Origin: Octopus vulgaris
Lineage: Eukaryota
Direction of reading: 5' to 3'
Assembly: GCA_951406725.2 (NCBI GenBank)
Contig: OX597820.1
Coordinates: 54,684,001-54,748,000, forward strand
DNA: 64,000 nucleotides
Shown here: piece after piece, positions 53,481 through 64,000 of the stretch
How positions within the stretch are numbered: the first letter of the stretch is position 1
Layout of the letters: each line of letters begins with the position of its first letter
Translations under genes and position numbers: made by a program
The notes under the pieces: generated by a model
The model's input: the letters and a program-made list of their open reading frames with translations, nothing else
What the model was told of the DNA's origin: nothing
The model's database searches: none

Positions 53481-56400
53481 TTTTTTTTTATGTGTGTGCA
53501 TATTGATGTATATATGTGTGCGTGCGTGTGTATACACACTAATGCATTACCATCAGTCTACATTAAATAGGCCGAAATTATGACCGACTGCGTGCACTCA
53601 ACACAACATTGTGTCGTATTTACACAACATAGGAGAGTTGCACTATATCCTAATGAGGGGGATATAATTGTTGGTTTCAAATCTTTGCCCAACAATTCCA
53701 GGTGGGGTTTAAGTCGATTACATCGACCCCATTGTTCAACAGGTATTTATTTTATCGACCCTGAAAAGATGAAAGGCAAAGCCATACTCGGTAAAATTGG
53801 AATTCAGAACGTAATGACGAACGAAATGCTGCTAAGCATTTTGTCTGACATGTTAACGATTTTGCTAGCTCGCCACCTTTAATGGGGACATAATTATTAA
53901 TTAACATGTACTATAGGTCCCACAGAAATAATGTTGTATCCCCACTTCACATCTACACCATGCAACTGCCTCAGGGACTCTCGAAGCGAATGATATGGAC
54001 TTCGCCAACGAAGTCGCAAAAAGAAAATTTGATGTCACAAGGAGACGATCCATTCATGGCGGTTGAGAATGGACATTTAAAATCTCTATAAGATCTCCAA
54101 ACAATTGGCAAAGAAAATAAGCAACCGGCCAACAGAAATGCGAACACAATCTCATACACCAGTAACCTTTCGACACAGCAAATATGAACAACTATTTGAT
54201 AAATAATACCATTACGAAAAGAACTTTCTTTTCCCTTTCCTGTTACTCTCTAAGACCGCTGCGTTTGGTGTTCATCTTGTAAACAATTGCTTCAGGCCTT
54301 CTGATATTGCTGAAGGGAAGTGTAAAGGTTCACATTACAACTTTGCCGTCAGAATGCAGAGAGCTGAAGATTAATTCAAACTGCAGTGAGTTGGAACAAA
54401 TACTGTAAAGTATTCTATCTGACACACGAATATGTTGAATACTCAATTATTTATAGGTTGATTTTACGAGTCGACACCAAAGAAGAATAATCCACTAATT
54501 AAATATAATAATTAAAAATTGATGACATTGTTTAACGTTGTAGTTATCGTTCTTAGTTTCAGGTCTTCCCTTACTGTGCATCGCTATTTTTATTTCATAT
54601 AGTTATTTATCATTGGTTACAAGCGTCGAACGGGCCAGTTACTAGCTAGCTTCCTTGCGGCTGTCGCTCAAAGTTTATCAATCAAGGAAGAACACCTGTT
54701 TTCGAATCTTTTCAAATTTCTTCCAACCGAAAATTCATGTGATCTTGGTCATCTGTGTAAATAATTTTAAAATATTTAGGTAGCTATTTCAGAAAATTTT
54801 GTTTTCTCGAATTCATTTAAACACTGACATACCGCAATTTGTCAATGAAATTACATTTGTCAGTTTGTAAGCATTTGAGACGTTCGGGGAAGCTCACATA
54901 GTTAGCGTCCGCGTCTTACCGAAATATCGATTATTCTCTAGTGGATGTCTGACTGTTACTGCGATTTGACCTTGCGATCACTCGCAGTAAAACTGTTTTG
55001 GCATGCATCAAAAATTTTTTTAGAGAGAAACACCAATATCCCGGAATTCTATGAATGAATGTGCATGCCTTTTTATTTAAATTATCTATTTACTTCTTTG
55101 CTTTTTAAACCAGTTTTGCTTACTTTTGTAAACTGGGTTTTTTTTTTCGATAAATAAAAATTTCATATATCTACTTCGACGAATTTGGGTTTTGTGTACA
55201 TTTTGTATTTTCCCGTTAGCGCTGTGATTAAGAAGCTTGCTTCCCAATCGTGTGATCTTGGGTTTAGCGGCACCTTGGACAAGTGTCTTCTAAAATGGAC
55301 AAGTGTCTTCTAAAATAGCCCCGAGTCAACCTCACGAGTAAATCTGGCAGAGAGAAATAGCGTGCGTGTTTACCCCACCGTTGCCTGACAACCGGTGTTG
55401 GTTTGTTTACGTCCCCGACAAAATACGCCGATAGAATAAGTATCAATTTTTTTTTTATAAAATAAGTACTGGAGTCGGACAGAACCCTTTAAGGTGGTGC
55501 CCTAGCATGTCCACAGTCTAATGACTGAAACAAGTAAAACTATAAAAGATAATACCTGCAGATATATGCACCTAAAACCAAAGATCGCTACTTCGCCGAA
55601 TAGTATACACATACCCATATGTGGATTTGGTACTCAAAAATTTCAGTCAGAAAAGAGCAAGTAGCAGAAACAGTAAAAGAACAGTTAACGTTTACCAAAC
55701 CGAGGCTGTGAGAAATTACCTCCAGCGAGCTCTGTTCTGGGATTGAACTAAGAACCACGTGGACCCGAAGTGATCTTCTTAAGCACGTTATAGAATACAT
55801 TCTCATAAACCAAGCGGAGTGAAGTGCAACTCAAAATATGTAAAAAAATTTCCTTTTTTTCGAAGAAGGAAATTCAACAAATATTCTTAATTTATTCCAT
55901 TTAAAGTTTGTAATTAAGTTTATATCTTCATCTTTTCATAAATAAAATAAAAATTCAGAGAATCTAAAATACTATTTCATATAACAATTAAATTGAATAC
56001 AATTTAAATTATATTTCAGTATTAATCTAGTACTGAATGAGAAGTTTTAAAACTTAAACAAGTTCTCATCAGAATTTCAAAAGGAAGTGCAAACTTAGGA
56101 AATTCTTTTTCGTTGCAATTTCACACACCACAAGATCATGCATCTTAAAAAATCAATATTTGTAGTTCTTATCTTATCGATCCTAGCAGGATTCGAACTC
56201 AAACTAGCCATAAAATAAACGTCCGACAAATGAACATTATATTATTCAATCCATTGCAACCTCAAATCACTGTCTAACGTCTTAAAAAGAGAAGGGCTTA
56301 TTTAGTATATCTATGGATATATATGACTGAAAATAAGATGGGGTAGCAATAGCACAACTTTTAAACATAGGTCTGCGGGATAACAATAACAATAGAATAT

Positions 56401-56638
56401 GTAATAAAGATTCATATGACTATTCTAAGAAAGAAAAAAAGGAAGTAATTTATGCTAATATGATAAATTTCTACTAGCATTGTAGAAAATGATAGGTTAT
56501 ATATTAAGAAGCAAAATAGAAGGGAAATAAGAAGCGGGACTTCAGAAAGCAAAACTTCTTAACTTAGGAACACATGGTCACGAAACACCGGTTGAGAGCC
56601 TCGATCTTATATAATTTTTCATCATTTCCACAGGCAAG

Positions 56639-56743
56639 ATGGCTGCACGGGTTTGTGAAACTCCGGGCTGCAACAACGATGCCAGACTACAGTGTCCCAC
56701 TTGTATTAAGCTAGACATTATAGGCTCATACTTTTGCACTCAG
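56639..56743 (+). CDS. METAP1: Methionine aminopeptidase 1, first coding exon ([35 protein letters not shown]; N-terminal zf-C6H2)
   Basis: aagATGG start; peptide closely matches the metazoan MetAP1 N-terminus (RVCET.GC...[17 protein letters not shown]); donor cag|gttgag at the usual phase-0 site; exon 2 not found in the window. Confidence 0.93.
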
Positions 56744-59700
56744 GTTGAGTTTGTGTTTTTTTTTATTATATCTCTTTTAAACCGGTTTTTGCCTCGTAAT
56801 GTGAATCGCTTTTGTTTTGCATGTGTTTGCGGACATAAAGATAGATATACATGTATGTGTATGTATTTATGAGTTTTACATGTGCATGGTTGTTTTGCGT
56901 TGCTGTAATAATAAGAAAACGCGGTGCTTAAATTCTTTAAAAAAATCATAATGCCTCACACGGCTCCGATCTTCGTGGCGAATGTCATGTTAACATAGAT
57001 TGCCTATTTCATTCTCTCTGTTCTGTGTAAAAATATTGTTCTGTTGTTAAGTGTTGGTGGGTACTGTAGAGAAGACCAACCTTTCACTGACCCGGTGAAC
57101 GCTATCCGGCATAAAATCCGCCGTTGTTATTATCCCACTTTACTCGATCAACCCCAGTTAATTTCCTGGAGAACGACACACCGCATCTAATCTCACTCAA
57201 ACAAATCTGAGTCCTGTACCTATACAAGGAACTATTGTATATATTACTGACTGGCTAAGACACCTAAATATTAATATATTCATAAGTTTATTACTTTTTA
57301 GAGGAAGAAAACGGAAGCGTGTTATGTTAGTAGTTGCATATATTAAATGATTTAAATCGAAACCAAGTGGCGACTACAGTTCAATTGAACTTTAAAAAAT
57401 TTTCTTTTTGGTACTCGTACATTTTATTTTGTTCGGGGTAACTCTCAATCTCTCTTACATGCATGTACAATTACTTGAAGAGGAAAAGAACAAGAAAACT
57501 TCTTGCTCCTTAGGTGATTGAAAAGTATGTTTACCCTAACTAAATTATCAATAGCTGAAATATTTCCTAAGAAATTATTTTTCTTTTACATGAATTTGAA
57601 CGTCAAACTTGAATTTACAAAATTTAATGCTTTACCTATTCTGTGTCACCTGCAAACACTATAATTAACGTTCAATTCCACGATAATAGCTTCCATGTGT
57701 GTGAGAGTACTAGCATTAACTACTGGATTCTAACGAAACTAAATAAGTTTTGCACTTGAATCTGTCGTCTGCTTTGACATTCCAATGTTTCTGATGTAAA
57801 TCTGTTGTCATTTCTCTTTTCTTCTCCTTCCCCTCTCATATATAGCAATAACTCCCTACGAGCGGTAACTCAGGCCGCAACGACCCATCTAACCCATGCC
57901 AGTGTGTAAATCAAACGTAAAACTGATGTATGTTTATGCAAAGATACGCATTTAAGTTGCTGCTTAGTCATTTATTCTTGTTCATTGTTTCATGACTTTC
58001 AAATAAATTAATAGTTCTCTCTCTCTTACCTTTTTCACAAACACCCACTACGTATTGTGTAATACATGTGACTCGAGAATTGCGGAGTTAGGTTCAAACC
58101 TTGTTTGTCGGTGCTTACTTGCTTTTTGTCTTATAAATAGGGTTAAGGTTGTTGTTTAACCCTAGGGTAGCCTTGATCAAGAGACCTATAATGAAAGATA
58201 TTCCAGCCGTAACCGTCCCATCTCTTACATACAAACTCACGATCACATCCAACGTCTTTTTTTTTTTTCAAGGCGATAGTGTATAATTTAAGGGAAGTTT
58301 GACTTATTTTTAGCAATCACACATACTCCCTCATTGGCTTGATATGGTTTTGGTGAGGTAAAAGACGTGCTATTGGTTCTGTCTTATAGTTAAAGCATCT
58401 ACATACTTGTATATTGTCTCCTTGCCTCGTTTTTTACTACTGTAATTCAAACCGAAATATTTGCATGCTGTCGTTGCTACTAAATTCTTCATCTGCTAGA
58501 AGAAAAAAAAAGTGTTTAACCCTTTCGTTACTACATTTCAGTTGAAATACACTTCTTTTATATCAATTCATTTTGAAAATAATGAAGAATTTAGTAAAAT
58601 GACTTTCATTGTTAAGCTGGCATTTGGAACATAAATTAAGAGAATTTTGATGAAAAGTTTTAATTCAGATGACTTCAAAACGGTAATTTTATATCATAGA
58701 ATTAAGCACAGTCTCAAGCAGATTGGTATCAAAAGGGTTGAGTCACAAAACGGTCTTTCACTATTTCATTTCATCTCCTCTCTAATTTAAGTACTGCTGG
58801 AGTCAGCTTTGGTTTCATTCGTCTGGTGTTTAGTCAAGTATTGGTTACTACTATTTGCCCACCATTATGAATTTTGAACTTACCATTTTGTTTCTCCCCC
58901 ATGATGTTCTTAGGCTGGCCTGCTGTACAGAATATTGAAACTGGTCAAGGACAGCATCCTGGAATCTGACATAATCCTTTCAGACATGGGTATATGATAA
59001 CCATAAGGGGTGGGATGTAGTATGTTGATTTGTACGTAACTGGTACTTTACTTTATTGGCCATGGCAGGATAAAAAAGAAAAAGCTGAGTTTTGAACTCA
59101 GAACATAATTAAATACAATTGTGTGTTTTATGTAGTGATTCATTGACTGTTAAGTATAATAATAATGTATGTAATAGTTACAGAGAGTGGTATAGTCAAT
59201 TAAATCAACTTAGTATGTGACTGGTGCTTTATTTTATCAAACTCCAGAAAGATGAAAGGCAAAGTTGACCTTTGCATAATTTGAATGCGGAATCTAAACA
59301 ACAGGAACAAATACCGTTAGGGATGTTATCTGATGCATTAATGATCCTGCTAATCTACTGCCCTAAGAATGTATTATAGTCTGGCCTCAAGCCTACAAGA
59401 TCATATGTCCAGAGTGTATTTAGTTCTGAAGACATTTCAGCTGAACTTGCGACCCTCACTCCTTAAATGGGACACCTGTTCATCATACTGTTTTTAGTTG
59501 AGTGTACTAAAGTAATGTGAAATGACGTGCCTTGCTCAAGGACACAATGCACTGTTCAGTTCAAAAATTGTCTGTTCAAAACTCTAACCACTATACCATG
59601 CATCATCACATAATTGTTTCTAATGTAGGGCACAACACCAGCAGTTTATGAAGTAGGGTTAATTGAGTAAATCAATATACTTGAACAAAGGCAGTGTAGT

Positions 59701-61339
59701 AGTTTCTTAATTATGGTTATTATTCCTGTCACAATATTTTGGCCATTCTTAAGAAGCTTGTTGTGTTTTGTAATATTGGCATTTCTAATTAAATCCACAA
59801 GAGTTAGGGTGTCCTCACTATATAGTTCATTCTAAGGATGTTCTTCAATTAGTTATTCTCTTGTCATGTTGCTTTCGCATTCATCATCATCATTTTATGT
59901 CTGCTTCTCATGCTGGCAGAGATTGGAGGACTGTGTCTTGCTCTAGCATCTTGGTTTTAGAATGCTTTTCATGGCTGCATGCCCTTCCTAACAACAACTT
60001 TACTGAATGTACATGTGCATTTTTTCTCCTGGCACTAGCACTAGATAGGGTACCTTGCTCTTAGCAAAATTAAAGAATCTTGTCAGCCCTGTGTTGTCTC
60101 TTGTCAACCACTTTATAGAGTTTACTGAGTGTTCTGACCCTAACTCTTGGAACCAGCACTAATGTGGTAGCTTTATAACCTGCAAGACCCCCCCACCCCA
60201 TGGCTGACAAGGAAAATAGGAAAGTGAGTGGTGACTTTAGACAAGCTATTGGGAGGTTAAAGAGAGGAATAGGTTTATGGTTATGAAATGGTGTTAGTGA
60301 AGAGACTAATAGACAGTGCGACGGGTGGGGCAAAGAGAGTTATAATTATCAAGAGGACAGTAGGAAGGGTTGTGTAGGAGGAGATTAACAACCAGAGCAT
60401 ATATATATATATTGGTTTCAAATTTTGGCACGAGGCCAGCAATTATGGGGGCAGAGATAAGTTGATTACATTGACCCTAGTGTTCAACTGGTACTTATTT
60501 TATCGACCCCAAAAAGATAAAAGGGGAAGTCAACCTCAGCGGAATTTGAACTCAGGGCTTAAAGACGGACCAATTACCACTAAGTATTTTGCCCAGTGTG
60601 CTAATGATTCTGCTATCTTGCCGCCTTAGAGTGTATGTATGTGTGTGTGTGTATGACTGAACCAAAGATTAAATTCCCACTCATTAACTAAACTATCACA
60701 ACACATGCTTATATTAACTATTGCATTATCTTATAGACAGTTTAATTCCAAAATGTCAAGAATGTTAATAACTATGACAAGTACCTAAAGAAAACTGTGG
60801 AGGGTACAACAGCTGAAATGTGACTGTAATAACTAAGATGAGGAAACTAATCCAAATGTATCGGTGTATAATGATAACTCTTCCTCCCAGAAATTATCTC
60901 TCCTCTTCTCTCTTTTTCCATTTGGGCTAGCCATGTATTTCCTCTACTGCAAAACTCTTGTTTCTGTCCCTCCCGTTGTCCAGCACAAGGTCATCTCCTT
61001 CAGTACTATTCCTTCCTCAGCTGGAAAGTTTTATCTTGCAAGTTACTTGGTGACCTTGCTTTTTCTAGTGCTATGTAAAAAGCATTTCCATACACTTTGC
61101 GATGTAGTTAGCATCAAGAAAAGTATCCAGCCAGAGAAACCACGCCAAAGCAAACAGTAGAACCTGGTGCAGTCTTCTGGCTTGCCAGTTCCTGTCAAAT
61201 CATCCCACTCATGCCAGCATGGAAAGCAATCATTAGATAATGATTGTGTGTGTGTGTGTATATATATATATATACATATAAATTTTTTTTTCAGAATGAG
61301 ATTAAAAACCAAGGTAGTGAAGATTTTAGAGCATTTATA

Positions 61340-61660
61340 AATAGATCTTACAGCTGTTTCCAGGATATTTCTTATATCACTTTCTCGGAGACAGTGTGAG
61401 AAAATGGTTAAGCAATAGTTAATTTAGATAAGATATGAAATAGAGAGTGAAGTGGAGGAATGAAAATAGATGTGAGATATGCAGAGATATTGCATTTGTA
61501 GATCCCTTATTTAGGCAGAATGGTATACGTATAAGATTCCAATACCTTGAGAGTAAGCTCCAATAGTATTTAAAATTGGTCATTCAGTAGCACTGTGTAC
61601 AAACTCTATACTTGGAATGACCAATTTTAAATACTATTGGAATTTACTCATAAGGTAAAT
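61340..61660 (-). mobile_element. Penelope-like relic with a degenerate hammerhead and a 43-bp-arm inverted repeat (61544-61657)
   Basis: Minus strand tct-ccgagaa-..gatat/atatc..-GAAAC-AGCT-GTA-aga; arms taccttgagagtaagctccaatagtatttaaaattggtcattc / gaatgaccaattttaaatactattggaatttactcataaggta. Confidence 0.55.
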
Positions 61661-62666
61661 TCCAATAGTATTGCTGGTCAGCCCACTAGAAACATATAAC
61701 CTTAGGCACTGTCATTCAGAAGCATGATGTAAAATAAAGGTTAAATATGAAAACAGTAGCTAAATTAGTATTTGCCAGAGTTCATGGTGTTGAGTATATA
61801 CTTAAAGTTAATAATGCTGTAAGGTAGGATGCCAATCTCTTGCAGCTAACCTCATATCATCTTGGACTTAGCTATTCCTATCAGCTAGTTGAAATGAGAC
61901 ATGTAGAATTGAGTGTAGAACCAAAATACATGATAAAACACCTGTTATGAGGTTTGAACTAAAGGCTTATGAGCCAGCTGTACCAATACCTTACCTGTTA
62001 TGCCACTAATGCCTGGACACATGTTGATAACATATTGAATATGATTCATTACTGCCATTTAGTTTAGAGACTAAAGGTTCTTAATACTAGTCTGGTACTA
62101 TGTACATACCCAGTAATAAGACACCTGGTGACGATCAGAGATCATAACAATTGAAACAATGTAAATATAAATATTTAATGTTTTATTTCCAAAGAGGCTA
62201 TTAATAGTCTAAAATTTTATTATTGTTTTATTATCTCAGACAATTCATTTGAAATATTTTGCTTTGGAAAAAAAAAGCATTTTTTATTTTTATTCATTTA
62301 TTTATTTGGCTTTTTTTTTTTTTTTTTTGAAGGGTTAATTTATGTGTTGTGTCAGTGTGACATGAGTACAATAGAGGTTTATTAGTTGTGTGTCTCATAC
62401 AAAGTAAAGTTGTCAGAGATGCCAACCTCATAAAAATCTAAGTAAATTTGTGTTAATATACTTAAAGTATATGGTATTAAAATGCTAACTAGAAAAATCA
62501 GTATTAGACAATGTCTGATATTTATTTTAACAAGTATTGAGACAGCTTTGGCTGCGTTTCAATATTATTCTGGCCTCATGAACAGTATATAACCTTTCCT
62601 TTACTTGCTGAAATAATGACGAATGAATCATTAAGTAAATATATGAGATTTTTTTTTTAATGAGAA

Positions 62667-62894
62667 ATAACCCTTTCGTTACCAACCCAGCTGAAACCGG
62701 CTCTGGCTCTGAGTACAAATGCCTTGTTTTCATTAGTTTTGAATTAAAATCTTCCACCAAACCTTAGTCACAATTTATGTTCCTAACACTAGCTTAATGA
62801 TAACCAAGTAATTTTACTAAATTCTTTATTATATTTGAAGTAATTGAAAGAAACACAGAGCATCCCAAAATAAATACAGTAACGAAAGGGTTAA
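62667..62894. mobile_element. piggyBac-type MITE, family 1 (reverse orientation to 1485-1693)
   Basis: ccctttcgttac ... gtaacgaaaggg|ttaa TIRs. Confidence 0.88.
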
Positions 62895-63129
62895 TCACTG
62901 ACTTGTATCACATTTTTATTCTCTCTCTGCATACCATCTTCATCATGTAATGTCTGCCTTCCATACTGGTATGGGTTGTCATGCTCCAATGTTTGTTTTG
63001 GCATGGTTTTTGTTGCTGGTTGCTCTTGCTAACAACAACAACTATATAGAGTGTCCTGGCGCCTTTTTCACAACATTAGCGTTAGTGAGATCACCTTGCA
63101 GCTTGCAAGGCTAAGTGCCTAAAGTAACC

Positions 63130-63795
63130 CCTATAACTGATGGAGAATGGGGAGAAAGAGAGAGTCTGTGTGTGATTATTCTAGACAGGGTAAAGTAAGA
63201 TTAGAAGAATAGATTAATAGTTGTTATAGGAAACAGGGAAAGAGAAGGGATTTAGTGTCAGGGTTTATTGAGAAAGCAAGGGACAGGGTGGAAAGGTGAT
63301 AGCATATGTTGTGTAGGGATGGATCAAGGGCTATTCCTATATTATGAAAGAGCCATTGAAAGAGGGGTGGGTATTGGGGAGGTAGAAAAGCTGTGTGGAG
63401 AAGACTGAGAGGAAATGAAAGAGTGGGAGAGTAGTTAAGGACATTGAGGGGAAAGAGGCTGAAGGTGCCATAAAGGGAAGAGAAAGAGCAGAGAAAGCAT
63501 CTCATATGGGAAGGCTGTGGAGAGAACATAGAGGGAGAGAAAGGAGTAAAAGGGACTGAGTGAAAGAAAGGTTAGAGGTCATTGTACAGGTGTAAGGATG
63601 GCTAGTGAGATGAAGGCAAGTGGAAGTGTTGGGTGGCAATACAGGTAACCTGGGAGAGTGTACTGGTTTGTTGTAAGCAGGATGATTGAAACAGATGAGA
63701 TGGTGCAGCTGTGAGTGAAGAGATGGGAGCTGTGGAGGAGAAGAGTGAGGATACAAAGTGAAGGGGCAATAAAGTGAGCTTGACAAGGAACAAAT
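63130..63795 (+). repeat. Purine (GA)-rich low-complexity tract in METAP1 intron 1
   Basis: Strong G/A bias with few C; explains the spurious Ser/Leu/Pro/His minus-strand ORFs. Confidence 0.7.
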
Positions 63796-64000
63796 ACACA
63801 CACACATATTGGCCACACTCATTTTTCTAGTACACTTTCTTTAACCCTTTAGTGTTCAGATTATTCTATCAAACATAATGCTTATTGACTCCCATTGATT
63901 TGAATTAATCATGCATTATCTCATATCTTCAAGATCTTGATGGTGTAATTACTTAATGCAGAATAACATTGTAGGGTAGGTGTGAGAGCCTGGATCTGGT

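Noticed and set aside
55277-55316. Short tandem duplications (here ~20 bp; also ~6663-6697 and ~7154-7230)
   Set aside because: Ordinary slippage-type duplications, mostly within repeats
56030-56075. Hammerhead-like CTGATGA-gaactt/aagttt on the minus strand near the METAP1 promoter
   Set aside because: The GAAA box and cleavage triplet are absent; AT-rich inverted repeat likely by chance
59955-59990. METAP1 exon 2 (ttttag|AATGCTTT resembling ECF...)
   Set aside because: Wrong phase, no W..HK motif follows, and the sequence is part of an RTE 3'-end repeat
63224-63822. Overlapping minus-strand ORFs of 67-106 aa
   Set aside because: Stop-poor because of purine/pyrimidine strand bias; no recognisable domain or splice structure

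Overview
AT-rich, repeat-dense eukaryotic DNA, most likely Octopus, judged from the ADH peptide and the SINE/LINE/MITE repertoire as I recall them (no search run). It holds two divergent housekeeping genes. On the minus strand are the first seven coding exons of a class III alcohol dehydrogenase (ADH5/GSNOR; ATG at 28678, continuing past base 1). On the plus strand is the first coding exon of methionine aminopeptidase 1 (ATG at 56639). The rest is intron and intergenic DNA filled with transposons: a young CR1/L2-group LINE with an open 1030-aa ORF nested in a SINE 61 bp from an ADH splice donor, two decayed RTE LINEs, Tc1/mariner elements, two near-identical non-autonomous Helitrons, piggyBac/hAT/pogo-type MITEs and many tRNA-derived SINEs. 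The most notable unannotated signal is a ~350-bp tandem unit carrying a hammerhead-ribozyme core (retrozyme/Penelope-like), hidden because a mariner split it. Other observations include further hammerhead relics, a covarying stem-loop shared by LINE and SINE tails, ADH5-METAP1 linkage also seen in vertebrates, and a visible CpG-depletion boundary around the gene bodies. No CRISPR, rRNA or true tRNA genes were found.
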